This document shows positions 38,372 through 48,044 of a DNA stretch of 64,000 nucleotides, one piece after another (position 1 is the stretch's first letter; the number at the start of each line of letters is the position of its first letter). The position numbers were made by a program, and so were the translations under genes. This DNA is from Candidatus Latescibacterota bacterium. GTDB taxonomy: Bacteria; JAAXHH01. The stretch covers positions 7,852 through 71,851 of the forward strand of contig JAJEHX010000029.1 in assembly GCA_022823465.1 (NCBI GenBank). Reading direction: 5' to 3'. Below the pieces are notes generated by a model. The model worked only from the letters and a program-made list of their open reading frames with translations. It made no database searches and was not told the origin of the DNA.

Positions 38372-41300
38372 CGGCCGGGATCCAGGCCTACGCGCCCATC
38401 TGGTGCAAGAGCAACTACTCCTTCCTGGAAGGGGCCAGCCATCCCGAGGAACTGGTGGAAGCCTGCCGGCGCCTGGGCATTCGGTCCCTGGCCCTTACCG
38501 ACCGCAACGGGGTGTACGGCATCGTCCGTGCACACGTCCGCGCCCGGGAACTGGACGTCCACCTGATCGTGGGATCGCAGGTCAGTCTCCAGGACGGTTC
38601 GGAGGTCCTGCTGCTGGTACAGAACCGGGAAGGCTATGCCCGGCTATGCCGGCTGCTGACCGCCGGACACCTGCGCGCCTCCAAGGGGAACTGCAGGGTG
38701 AGCTGGGAGGAAGTGTGCCGCTACAGCCCCGGCCTGATCGCCCTGTGGATCGGCGGGCCCGAGGCTGATCTTGAGGCTGCTTCCGGGGGTGTAGCTCCGA
38801 TCCGCCCGGGTCCTCCCGCCCCCGATCCCGTCCTGGAACAACTCCGCACAGCCTTCGAAGACCGCCTGTACGTGGTCCTGGCCCGGCACCTCCGGGCGGA
38901 GGAAGCCCTGAAGGAGATCCGCCTCCGGGAGATGGCGGACCGGTTCGGGCTGCCCACCGTTGCCGCCGTGGAGGTGCTCTACCACGCGCCCGAAAGGCGG
39001 CGGCTGCAGGACGTGCTGACCTGCATCCGGGAGGGCGTGACGCTGCCCGCGGCCGGGCGCCTTATCCGGTCGAACGACCAGCACGCCCTGAAGGGACCGG
39101 AAGACATGGCGCGGCTCTTCCGCGATGACCCGGCATCCCTCGATCGGACCCGTGAGGTGGCCGACCGCTGCACCTTCGCCCTCGGGGAACTGCGCTACCG
39201 CTACCCGCTGGAGCGCCTGCCGAAGGGCAAGACGTCCATCCAGTACCTGGAAGAGCGCACCTTCGCGGGCGCGGAACGCCGCCTGGGCGACAAGCTCGCG
39301 TCGCAACTGGCTCCCCAGTTGAAGAAAGAACTCGCGCTGATCCGGGAACTGGAGTACGAGGGCTATTTTCTGACCATGCACGAAATCGTGGAATACTGCC
39401 GCCGCGAGCACATCTTCTGCCAGGGCCGCGGGTCGGCGGCCAACTCCGCCGTCTGCTTTTCCCTGGGCATCACCAGCGTGGACCCCACCCAGGTGGACCT
39501 CCTCTTCGAGCGTTTCCTGTCGAGAGAAAGGGCCGAGCCGCCGGACATCGACCTGGACATCGAGCACAACCGCCGGGAAGAGGTGATCCGGCACGTGTAT
39601 CAGAAATACGGGCGCACCCACGCCGCCATGGTGGCCAACGTCGTCCGCTACCGCTACCGGTCCGCCATCCGGGAGGTGGGCAAGGTACTGGAGATACCGG
39701 CGACCAGCCTGGACCGTCTGGCCAAGCTGATAGCGCACGAACGCTGGGACGGGGCCTTCATCCGGCGGGCCGGTCTCGACCCGGAGAACCCGGCCCTGCG
39801 CCACCTGAACGCCCTGGTGCGCGAGATCCAGGATTTCCCCCGCCATCTCTCCATCCATCCCGGGGGGTTCATGCTGGGCCATTATCCCGTCCACGACCTG
39901 GTGCCCATCGAAAACGCCACCATGGAAGGACGAACCGTGATCCAGTGGGACAAGGAGGACGTGGAGGACGCGGGGCTCTTCAAGGTGGACCTCCTCGGCC
40001 TGGGCGCCCTCAACATGCTGCACCTCGCTTTCGACCTCCTGCGGCGGCACCGCGGGACGGACCTCTCCCTGGCCGATCTCCCCCGGGAGGACGCCGCCAC
40101 CTTCGACCTGATCTGCCGCAGCGACACGGTGGGCGTGTTCCAGATCGAGAGCCGGGCCCAGATGGCCATGCTGGGACGCCTGAAGCCGCGCACCTACTAC
40201 GACCTGGTGATCGAGATCAGCATCGTCCGTCCCGGGCCCATCACGGGCGGCATGGTCCATCCCTACCTGCGGCGGCGCAACGGCGTGGAGGAAGTCACCT
40301 ATCCCCACAAATGCCTCGAGCCTGTCCTGGAAAAAACCCTGGGCGTGCCCCTCTTTCAGGAGCAGGTGATGCAACTGGCCATGGTGGCGGCGGACTACAC
40401 CCCCGGCGAGGCCGACCAACTCCGGCGGGACATGGCCGCCTGGCGGCGTTCGGGACGGATAGACCGGCACCGGGAACGGCTGGTCTCGCGCATGATGCGA
40501 AAGGGCATTAAGCAGGAATTCGCCGAACGCGTCTTCCAGCAGATCCGGGGGTTCGGCGAGTACGGCTTCCCGGAAAGCCACGCCGCCAGCTTCGCCCACA
40601 TCGCCTACGCCACCGCCTACCTGCGGTGCCACTACCCGGCGGAGTTCAACTGCGCCCTGCTGAATGCCCAGCCCATGGGGTTCTACTCGCCCGCCACCAT
40701 CGTCAACGACGCCCGGATACACGGGGTGGAGGTGCGGTCGGTGAGCATACGCCACAGCCGTTGGGACTGCACTCTGGAAGAGATTGAAGCGGAAGACGCG
40801 GGCGATCGCGTCCGGTTCGCGGTGCGCATGGGACTGCGTTACGTCCGGGGATTGAGTGAGGGAGATTGGGAGAAACTGGCACAGACCATGGAGCAGGCCC
40901 CCTTCCGGGACCTTCCGGACGTCGCCCGTCGGGCCGGACTCCACGAGGACAAGCTGGAGTCCCTGGCCGAGGCGGGCGCCTTCGCGTGTTTCGGCCTGGA
41001 CCGCCGCCGCGCCCTCTGGCAGGTCCTCGGTACCAAACCCCGGCAGCCGCCCGCGCTGTCGCTCGACAGCCACGCTTCCTCGCCCCGGTTTCCCTCCCTG
41101 AGCAATCTCGAGACTATCGTCTGGGATCATCAGGTCAGCGACCACAGCGTCCTGGGCCACCTCCTGGAACCGTTGCGTCCCGGTCTGGCCGCCCAGGGGC
41201 TGCCTGCGGCGCGGGATCTCAACGGGATGCCGGACGGCAGCCTGGTCCATTACGTGGGCATGGTCATCTGCCGTCAGCGCCCCGGGACCGCCCAGGGCGT

Positions 41301-41520
41301 CACCTTCATGACGCTGGAGGACGAAACGGGGTTCGTGAACCTGGTCATCTGGGAGAAAGTATTCGAGTCCTATTCCTCGCTGGTCAGAACACTTCCCTGC
41401 TTAGGCGTGACCGGAAACCTGCAGGTGGGGGAGGGTGTGGTCCACCTCGTGGCCGAGGCGGTCTGGGACCCGAGGCTGGAGGACGGGTCGTTGCGTCTCA
41501 AGAGCCGGGATTTTCATTAG
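38368..41520 (+). CDS. dnaE2: Error-prone DNA polymerase III alpha-like subunit DnaE2 (ImuC)
   Basis: 1050 aa starting [51 protein letters not shown] (PHP domain). Pol III alpha core motifs ([28 protein letters not shown] fold). The listed ORF 37741.. carries an artefactual N-terminal extension; the ATG at 38368 overlaps the imuB stop. Confidence 0.9.
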   Translation: MTAGIQAYAPIWCKSNYSFLEGASHPEELVEACRRLGIRSLALTDRNGVYGIVRAHVRARELDVHLIVGSQVSLQDGSEVLLLVQNREGYARLCRLLTAGHLRASKGNCRVSWEEVCRYSPGLIALWIGGPEADLEAASGGVAPIRPGPPAPDPVLEQLRTAFEDRLYVVLARHLRAEEALKEIRLREMADRFGLPTVAAVEVLYHAPERRRLQDVLTCIREGVTLPAAGRLIRSNDQHALKGPEDMARLFRDDPASLDRTREVADRCTFALGELRYRYPLERLPKGKTSIQYLEERTFAGAERRLGDKLASQLAPQLKKELALIRELEYEGYFLTMHEIVEYCRREHIFCQGRGSAANSAVCFSLGITSVDPTQVDLLFERFLSRERAEPPDIDLDIEHNRREEVIRHVYQKYGRTHAAMVANVVRYRYRSAIREVGKVLEIPATSLDRLAKLIAHERWDGAFIRRAGLDPENPALRHLNALVREIQDFPRHLSIHPGGFMLGHYPVHDLVPIENATMEGRTVIQWDKEDVEDAGLFKVDLLGLGALNMLHLAFDLLRRHRGTDLSLADLPREDAATFDLICRSDTVGVFQIESRAQMAMLGRLKPRTYYDLVIEISIVRPGPITGGMVHPYLRRRNGVEEVTYPHKCLEPVLEKTLGVPLFQEQVMQLAMVAADYTPGEADQLRRDMAAWRRSGRIDRHRERLVSRMMRKGIKQEFAERVFQQIRGFGEYGFPESHAASFAHIAYATAYLRCHYPAEFNCALLNAQPMGFYSPATIVNDARIHGVEVRSVSIRHSRWDCTLEEIEAEDAGDRVRFAVRMGLRYVRGLSEGDWEKLAQTMEQAPFRDLPDVARRAGLHEDKLESLAEAGAFACFGLDRRRALWQVLGTKPRQPPALSLDSHASSPRFPSLSNLETIVWDHQVSDHSVLGHLLEPLRPGLAAQGLPAARDLNGMPDGSLVHYVGMVICRQRPGTAQGVTFMTLEDETGFVNLVIWEKVFESYSSLVRTLPCLGVTGNLQVGEGVVHLVAEAVWDPRLEDGSLRLKSRDFH

Positions 41521-41611
41521 ACTTGCAATCAGACGATATATAATTTACAATTGGACGGCATCAAAACTTGCAATCAGACGACATTATAACTTGCAATCAG
41601 ACGCATACAGT
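41521..41611. repeat. Left array: four direct ~23-bp-period repeats (ACTTGCAATCAGACG core), starting one nt after the dnaE2 stop
   Basis: Units at 41521 (ACTTGCAATCAGACG), 41544 (TTTACAATTGGACGG), 41566 (ACTTGCAATCAGACG) and 41589 (ACTTGCAATCAGACG); 15-nt core plus ~8-nt variable segment. Confidence 0.8.
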
Positions 41612-41707
41612 TTAAATTGTTATAAACGTCCAGGTTTATTGTGACTGAACGAACCCATCAAAACATATTTAACAAGAAAACACATACCTTGGAAGTGCTT
41701 TAAGCCG

Positions 41708-43054
41708 ATGAAAACCGAATCCGGACTTTATCCACGATACGCCGAACATCCCCTGAAAGAGGCGCTCTCCGATTCGCCGGCCGTCCTGATCCACGGTCCG
41801 CGCCAGTGTGGCAAGACCACCTTGGCCAGAATGGCCTATCCGTCCCGATACGCGCAATGGGACGACGGCTTGGTAGCGCAGGACGACGGCTCGGTAGCGC
41901 AATGGGACAATGGAGATCGGGTGGAATGGAGTAACGCTAACTACATCACCTTCGATGATGACGTGGCTCGTAACGCAGCCGAAAGCGATCCGATTGGATT
42001 CGTTAACGATTTGCCTGACAGGGTTATTCTGGATGAGGTTCAGCGGACGCCTTCCATTTTCACCGCGCTGAAGATGGCGATAGACCGTGACCGGAAACCC
42101 GGCCGTTTTCTGTTAACGGGATCCTCCCAGGTACTTCTGGTACCGAAAGTGTCGGATTCCCTCGCCGGACGAGTGGAGATAATAAGACTGCACCCACTGG
42201 CTCAGTGCGAACTGTCGGGTCGGCGTCCTGTTTTTCTTGACCGCTTGTTCTCTGGTGATTTCAAAGGCCCTCAACTGCCCCGATCGTCGGACCGACTGGT
42301 TGATCGTATCGTCGCCGGAGGCTTTCCGGCCGCACTGGCGCGTTCAACCGAGGGGCGAAGACGCAATTGGTACGTCAGCTACGTGGAAACCCAACTTCAA
42401 AGGGATGTGCGTGACATCGCCCATATAAGCGATCATGAGGTCATGACCCGTCTGCTCGGTATCGCTGCGACTCAAACGGCACGGTTATACAACCTACTGG
42501 ACATGTCCGCAACCTTCAGCCTCAGTCGCCCGACGATTGGCAAATACGTAGAGATTCTTGAAAGAATCTTTCTTGTGGAGCGACTCCCGGCATGGCAGAA
42601 CAACCGCTTGAAGAGATCAGTCAAGGCGCCGAAACTGCACGTCTGTGATACAGGTATTGGATGCGCCATGATCGGCGCGAACAGCGATTCGCTCAAGAAA
42701 GACCGCGATCTGCTGGGACAGTATCTTGAGTCATTCGTGTTTCAAGAGTTGAAACGACAGTCCAGCTGGTATGGCGATCCGTTGACATTTTTCCACTATC
42801 GGGACAAGGACAAGGTTGAGGTGGACCTCGTTATCGAAAAGGGATCTATTGCCGTGGCTGGTGTGGAAGTGAAAGCATCCAGTACCGTGCGAGCGTCTGA
42901 TTTTCGTGGATTACGCAAACTCATGAACGCGGCCGGTGACCGGTTCGCTGGCGGAATAGTGCTTTACGACGGCGAGATGTGTTGGAGTTTCGGAGACGGA
43001 TTGACAGCCGTACCCATCAGAATGCTGTGGGAAGCATCAGAAGAAGCGGTATGA
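41708..43054 (+). CDS. AAA+ ATPase, COG1373/DUF4143 family
   Basis: Walker A AVLIHGPRQCGKTT; Walker B RVILDEVQR; DUF4143-type C-terminal domain. Contains an in-frame 21-nt tandem duplication (LVAQDDGSVAQWD). Bracketed by matching repeat arrays. Confidence 0.8.
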   Translation: MKTESGLYPRYAEHPLKEALSDSPAVLIHGPRQCGKTTLARMAYPSRYAQWDDGLVAQDDGSVAQWDNGDRVEWSNANYITFDDDVARNAAESDPIGFVNDLPDRVILDEVQRTPSIFTALKMAIDRDRKPGRFLLTGSSQVLLVPKVSDSLAGRVEIIRLHPLAQCELSGRRPVFLDRLFSGDFKGPQLPRSSDRLVDRIVAGGFPAALARSTEGRRRNWYVSYVETQLQRDVRDIAHISDHEVMTRLLGIAATQTARLYNLLDMSATFSLSRPTIGKYVEILERIFLVERLPAWQNNRLKRSVKAPKLHVCDTGIGCAMIGANSDSLKKDRDLLGQYLESFVFQELKRQSSWYGDPLTFFHYRDKDKVEVDLVIEKGSIAVAGVEVKASSTVRASDFRGLRKLMNAAGDRFAGGIVLYDGEMCWSFGDGLTAVPIRMLWEASEEAV

Positions 43055-43182
43055 ATTCAAGTGTTGGAAAGGATAAACTTGAGTCGATTCCTTAACGTTG
43101 AAGCATTAAAAACACACGCTTGTACACCGATTGGGCCGCCTGTCGCCCGTTGATCGTAAATCTTCTGCCAGGCCCCACGATA

Positions 43183-43290
43183 TCTTGCAATTGGCCGCAC
43201 CACTAACTTGCAATCAGCCGCTTTTCAGACTTGCAATTGGACGGTATCAAGACTTGCAATCAGCCGTTACCGAGACTTTCACTTGGCCGG
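43183..43290. repeat. Right array: five direct repeats at exact 23-bp spacing (ACTTGCAATCAGCCG / ACTTGCAATTGGACGG core), same orientation as the left array
   Basis: Units at 43183, 43206, 43229, 43252 and 43275. The last unit overlaps the 3' end of the tfoX-like ORF. Confidence 0.8.
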
Positions 43291-43605
43291 CAGGGATGCA
43301 GCGTAGGCCGCGGCACGGTCCACCCAGTCCTGCAGATCTTGCTCTGATGCAATGCCCGGCGGTTCCACCAGCGCCCATCCCTTCATGGTCCGTCCCGCGA
43401 TGTCGGCAGGTTTCGTGTGCGGTTCCGCCAGCGTCTCGTCGTGTTGCATGCGGTCCAGCCGCACGATGAGCGAGCCTTTCCAGGTCCCCGCACACATATT
43501 GCCGTTGATCATGAAACAGACGCCGCCGAACATGTTTCGCTCGGAGTATCCGTTACGCTTCGAAAGAATGGAACGAATCCGACCGGCTAACGCGTCATTG
43601 CTCAT
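43279..43605 (-). CDS. TfoX/Sxy N-terminal-domain protein
   Basis: ...GYSERNMFGGVCFMINGNMCAGTWKGSLIVRLD... matches the TfoX_N signature (MFGG..lyl.Gkmfa). Confidence 0.6.
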   Translation of the reverse strand: MSNDALAGRIRSILSKRNGYSERNMFGGVCFMINGNMCAGTWKGSLIVRLDRMQHDETLAEPHTKPADIAGRTMKGWALVEPPGIASEQDLQDWVDRAAAYAASLPAK

Positions 43606-43822
43606 CCTGACCTGTGCTTTCCCTCTTCGATAAGATCAAATGGTATCGAGTGCGTATCAGCGCTTGAAGCCCCGTCCTCGTAATGACCGGACTGCTGTTC
43701 CCGCTCATTCCGTCTTCCCGTGTCGTCATGTATAGGGACGCCCATAGTTTCGAGTGCCGATCGACACGGCTCTCCCGCTCATCCCATTGTCCCGTTTCGC
43801 CAGGTGTTGGGGGTCGAGACGA

Positions 43823-44287
43823 TCAGGGCAATACGAACTCGTGCTCCGGATGCTTTACGGTCAATACCGGGCAGGGCGCCATCTGAACGACCTTCTCAGC
43901 CACGCTCCCGATCAGGGCGTGGGTGATCCCCGTCCTTCCGTGGGTAGCCAGAACGATCAGGTCCACGTCGTGGTTCTTGGCATAGCGGATGATGGACACG
44001 TGCGCGACGTCCGTGTCCACCGCGGTGCGGACCTCGAGACCTTCGATTTCGCCGCGGATCGTTTCCAGCCGGGATCTCACGTCCAACTCGTACTGGGATT
44101 GCATCTCCGAAGCCGAGGATACAACCGGCAGATCGACGCCCGCCGCACTCATCCACGGCAGATCGAACACGTGGAGCAGATGCAGTTTCGCCCCGTATGC
44201 CGAGGCAAACTCGCGGGCGTAATCGAGCGCGTATCCGGCATAGTCCGACAGGTCGGTCGGCACGAGGATGTTGTTGATTCTGATCAT
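43823..44287 (-). CDS. Universal stress protein (UspA family)
   Basis: ILVPTDLSDYAGYALDYAREFA...HLLHV...DLIVLATHGRTGITHALIGSVAEKVVQMAPCPVLTV. Confidence 0.8.
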   Translation of the reverse strand: MIRINNILVPTDLSDYAGYALDYAREFASAYGAKLHLLHVFDLPWMSAAGVDLPVVSSASEMQSQYELDVRSRLETIRGEIEGLEVRTAVDTDVAHVSIIRYAKNHDVDLIVLATHGRTGITHALIGSVAEKVVQMAPCPVLTVKHPEHEFVLP

Positions 44288-44644
44288 GATTGTACCTTCT
44301 TTCCCGTACGGGATTTATCCGCGGCGTTTGACAAGGCGCGGCGAAGGGTGAGGGGGGCGACGGTCTCCGACAAAAGACGGCAATATGCCCTGTCATATAG
44401 ATACGTAATTTTGAAGGCGGTGTCAAAAAGCTACAGGCTGGAGTAGCGGCCTGATCAAGTAGCACTTGTCGAACGATAGATTCGAAAGAAGGTGCCATTC
44501 CCCACGTTGGTCTTCATGGCGTCGGAATGTATCGACATCGTTATATGCGATTTACTGTACGCATATTGCGTTTGCCGGTGACTATGTAGAGGATGGACGG
44601 AGCGAAATCAATAGGCGGAATGAGATCAGTATTCATAAAGGAGG

Positions 44645-44803
44645 ATGCATGTGGCGCGGCGTGACTGGTACTGCGAGGATGTGCTGTCTGGAGAGCTTGA
44701 CGTACAGTGCGTGTACGAGGACGATCTGGTCCTGGCGTTCCACCATCCGCGAGTTCGTTACACTAAATGTGGGCCGGTTCAAGATGCCTGCGAAGGAGGT
44801 TAG
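44645..44803 (+). pseudogene. Truncated HIT-family (histidine triad) N-terminal fragment
   Basis: Translation ...YCEDVLSGELDVQCVYEDDLVLAFHHP... matches the HIT N-terminus (CIFCKI.GE.PA.IVYEDD.VLAF.DI.P). The HxHxH core is absent; the frame stops after ~50 codons; RBS AAGGAGG immediately upstream. Confidence 0.3.
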
Positions 44804-44806
44804 CAG

Positions 44807-45616
44807 TTGAACCGGAAACAGACGTCTATTTCAACTTGCTTCTCCTACGAGCGATCGCTTGAAGATCTGTTCCCTTTGATCTCCTCTGCTGGATTCACGC
44901 ACGTGTCGCTAGGTGCTAAAGAGCCTCACTCCAGCTATCTGAGCGTATCAAGAAGAGGTGATCTTCTCCAGCTTCTGCACGACGCCAACCTGCGAATGGA
45001 CTCGATTCACGGCATTCGGCTTGATCTGCCGGGAGCCCTTTCCAGCCTTACCGCTACCGCCGAGGCCGCTGCTTTTCTCGACGTACCGGTCATCGTCGTC
45101 CACGCGAGTTCGTTTGATTTCGATCCCAGCGAGTTCGACGAACGCCTGGAAGTGGTACTGAATACGTGTGAAGCCTTGGCGCCAGTCGCCGAAGACACCG
45201 GGGTGAGATTCGCTCTTGAGAATGTCCTCCCGGGTCCAGCGACGGAACTTGTCCGTTCCGCACTCGAGCGTTTACCCAGTGAACATTTTGGTTTCTGCTA
45301 CGACTCCTCACACGACCAGATAGGTGGTCCGAAACCTTTCACTTTGCTTGATGTCTTGGGGACCAGACTTCTGGCCCTTCATTTGTCGGATCGAATCAGG
45401 GATCATGTTGACCACGTCGTTCCTGGCGAAGGGTTCATAGACTGGGAGAAACTTTGTGAGGAAATCCGTCATTCCGCATATGCAGGACCCGTAAGCCTCG
45501 AAGTGTTAATGAATTTCTCTGGTTTCAAGGACCAAGTTGAATTTCTGCGACAAGCCTGCAGGCAAGCTGAGAGGCTCTACCCCCTGGTTTTCGGTGAGAA
45601 TGCCGCGGGTTTGTGA
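44807..45616 (+). CDS. Sugar phosphate isomerase/epimerase (xylose-isomerase-like TIM barrel)
   Basis: TTG start. AP-endonuclease-2/TIM-barrel motifs (VPVIVVHAS...VRFALENV...LHLSD). Confidence 0.7.
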   Translation: MNRKQTSISTCFSYERSLEDLFPLISSAGFTHVSLGAKEPHSSYLSVSRRGDLLQLLHDANLRMDSIHGIRLDLPGALSSLTATAEAAAFLDVPVIVVHASSFDFDPSEFDERLEVVLNTCEALAPVAEDTGVRFALENVLPGPATELVRSALERLPSEHFGFCYDSSHDQIGGPKPFTLLDVLGTRLLALHLSDRIRDHVDHVVPGEGFIDWEKLCEEIRHSAYAGPVSLEVLMNFSGFKDQVEFLRQACRQAERLYPLVFGENAAGL

Positions 45617-45760
45617 AATCCTACACGGGCAGTGCGCCTGTAACATGGCGACATGGTGTGTGTGGCTTCGGTCGCGAGGGTCCTCTAAGCAACGCATTTT
45701 GCACCTCGTGAACCTTTTCCCCTCCTACATCGCCCTGTTAGATGAAGGGAGAGCGATCTA

Positions 45761-47179
45761 ATGGGGTTCCTCGATGATCAGATCCTAGTCCAACAGATCC
45801 AGGCAGGCGACGAGCAGGCCCTCGTGGCCCTGATCCGGCGCTACGAGCGTTCGCTGGCCGCCTTGATCCGGGATCGGATCGGGTCGGTGCAGGCGGTGGA
45901 GGACGTGCTGCAGGAGACCCTCCTGCACGTCTGGTTGGGGTTGCGTGATCTGGAGCCGCGGAACGTGCGCGCCTGGCTCTACCAGGTTGCGCGTAACCGC
46001 TGCAGTGACTACCTGCGCTCCACGCAACGTCGAGAGCGCTTTGTCGGAGCAGAGGAACTCGCGACGATGATTAACCGCTTCTGCGCACCGGCGGCTCGTC
46101 AACGCCAGGCAGCACAGGATGTGGTTGAAGCCTTCGATCATGTGCCGGAGAAGGAACGAGCGGCACTGAGGTCGTTCTACCTGGATGGATTGAGCATCGC
46201 GGAAATCGCTGCCCGTCATCGCTGCCCATCGGGAACCATCAAGCGGCGACTGTCCCACGGCCGGGACTTGGTCCGAAGCGAGCTGGGCGTAACCACGAAA
46301 AGAAGGAGTATTACCATGACCGCAGAAATAAAAACCGTAAAGGCGTCTTTTCCAGATTTCCGGCCCGAAATCTCCATCGAAAAAAGTGCAAAACCGCCAT
46401 TCGCCATCGACCTACGGGAGTTGTCATGGTGGTTCATCGTTCCCGAAATCGGTGACCAGGTGCGGTGGGCGGACTACGAGCCAACGCGGGATGGATCGGC
46501 GTGGAAGTTAACCGAGGTCAAGGACATGGCTGCTACGCGACGCGCCATCATCCACGGAAGACCGTGCGTAGAGATCGAGATGGAGGACCAGCGCTGCGGG
46601 GACCGGGAAGGCCTCCTCCCGTTTAACCATGATCCGGAGACGAGGGATCGCCATACCCGCGTCTGGGGCCGCCTGGAAGAGACGGAGGTGCATTGGCTGG
46701 CCGTCGAAAGCATGAAATCCGATGGCACCAGGGAACTCCTGACCTGCCTGGACGAAGACTTTGGATGGGATTTTGGCATGACGCCACGTCTGGTCGAAGA
46801 CCGTGGTTACCTGACGGAGCAGTCGGACGGCACGTTCGTAAAGAAACCAGATGCTCCACAGTTATTCTCAAACGGACTCTACACGGTACGTATCGACGAT
46901 CGGACATTCGAATGCATGCGGGTTTTCGACATCGACGCGGATACGTCTGATCGAGCGGTGCTGATCATGGCATACGTCACCCGTGCCGGCCGCACGCTGC
47001 TGTTCCGGCGCTACAACGGCAACCTTTGGGGAAAACGGGAGAAGCCACCTCATTTACAGGGGGTCGAAATGACGTGGGAAGATGACCTGCCCCACACCGA
47101 CCGTCTCGTGATCGACGGCGTGAAGTACGTGCATCACTACGACGTCCTGACGGATGAGACGTGTGGGATCAGGGCGTAG
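45761..47179 (+). CDS. ECF (sigma-70 group 4) sigma factor fused to a ~280-aa C-terminal domain of unknown function
   Basis: Region 2 (LIRRYERSLAALIRDRIGSVQAVEDVLQETLLHVWLGLRDL...AWLYQVARNRCSDYLR); region 4 (ALRSFYLDGLSIAEIAARHRCPSGTIKRRLSHGR). Then a soluble 280-aa extension with no TM segment; no adjacent anti-sigma gene. Confidence 0.8.
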   Translation: MGFLDDQILVQQIQAGDEQALVALIRRYERSLAALIRDRIGSVQAVEDVLQETLLHVWLGLRDLEPRNVRAWLYQVARNRCSDYLRSTQRRERFVGAEELATMINRFCAPAARQRQAAQDVVEAFDHVPEKERAALRSFYLDGLSIAEIAARHRCPSGTIKRRLSHGRDLVRSELGVTTKRRSITMTAEIKTVKASFPDFRPEISIEKSAKPPFAIDLRELSWWFIVPEIGDQVRWADYEPTRDGSAWKLTEVKDMAATRRAIIHGRPCVEIEMEDQRCGDREGLLPFNHDPETRDRHTRVWGRLEETEVHWLAVESMKSDGTRELLTCLDEDFGWDFGMTPRLVEDRGYLTEQSDGTFVKKPDAPQLFSNGLYTVRIDDRTFECMRVFDIDADTSDRAVLIMAYVTRAGRTLLFRRYNGNLWGKREKPPHLQGVEMTWEDDLPHTDRLVIDGVKYVHHYDVLTDETCGIRA

Positions 47180-47182
47180 GGA

Positions 47183-47404
47183 TTGGCAACGGAACAATAC
47201 AAGTGCAGCGCAGATTCCCAGGTTCAACTTGAAAAATGGTGGTTTACCGTTGTCTTTCTGACCATCACGGTCGCAAGCCATGCTGTATTCTGGAAGTTCG
47301 GAGCTTACGCCTTTTCAATTGAGCTTGTCTTCGATTACATTGCTAGCATCATCCATCCTAACACACCGGCATCACCCACCGTATTGGGAGAAACAGGTGC
47401 ATAA
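47183..47404 (+). CDS. Small membrane protein, paralog A (73 aa)
   Basis: MATEQYKCSADSQVQLEKWWFTVVFLTITVASHAVFWKFGAYAFSIELVFDYI... A ~105-nt stretch is ~90% identical to 49253-49357, and its substitutions are synonymous or conservative. Its stop overlaps the GFA start. Confidence 0.45.
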   Translation: MATEQYKCSADSQVQLEKWWFTVVFLTITVASHAVFWKFGAYAFSIELVFDYIASIIHPNTPASPTVLGETGA

Positions 47405-47867
47405 GGACCACAGTTACTCTGGCGGCTGCAGCTGCGGAGAGGTACGTTACAGACTTCGGAACCCGCCACTTTTTGTGCACGCGTGTCACTGTCTCGACTG
47501 TCAGAAGGCATCCGGGTCCGCCTTCGGGATTACGACTATTGTTTTGGAAAACGATATCTCATCAGATCATGGGGTGATTGTTTCGAAGCCTTCCGATGCA
47601 AAACGAACGACGTTCATCTGCGGGTCCTGCGGAGATGTTATCTACAGGACTGCTTCGAATCATCCGGCCACTGCGCTACTGAGTTCGCGAACGCTGGACG
47701 ATATGAGGGTGCTTGAGATTAACGCACACATTTGGACTAAAGAAAAGCACGCCTGGCTCGAGCTGCCGGCTCATGTTCCGCAGTTTGTAAAAGGATACGA
47801 CCGGGACGAGACGTGGCCTCGGGAGAGCCTGGAGCGCCTCTGTAACGCACTGGGGAAAGTTATTTGA
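47400..47867 (+). CDS. GFA-family protein (glutathione-dependent formaldehyde-activating/CENP-V-like Cys-rich domain)
   Basis: CSCGEVRY...CHCLDCQKASGSAF...CGSCG zinc-binding pattern. Probable GTG start at 47400. Confidence 0.7.
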   Translation, partial: HKDHSYSGGCSCGEVRYRLRNPPLFVHACHCLDCQKASGSAFGITTIVLENDISSDHGVIVSKPSDAKRTTFICGSCGDVIYRTASNHPATALLSSRTLDDMRVLEINAHIWTKEKHAWLELPAHVPQFVKGYDRDETWPRESLERLCNALGKVI

Positions 47868-48044
47868 ACCTCCGTCGAGCAGCTACTGGACCGTGAACGA
47901 AGTACCATCGTCGGTATCGAGTCGGCCTGCATCCCGGTCATGCCGCGGCTCAGCGTAGGTAGGCCATAAGGGGCTACATTCACGATGCCAGATCCCTGGC
48001 CTACGGGAAGGAATCTGTCACCGAAGGACAGGAAGTAAGACTGG

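Noticed and set aside
41521-43290. CRISPR array interpretation of the 23-bp-period repeats
   Set aside because: The 15-nt cores with ~8-nt variable segments are far shorter than CRISPR repeat/spacer units. There are no cas genes and no leader-like AT-rich region.
41521-43290. Tn7-like or other transposon ends with multiple transposase-binding sites
   Set aside because: Both arrays are in the same (direct) orientation rather than inverted, and no transposase or integrase gene is present.
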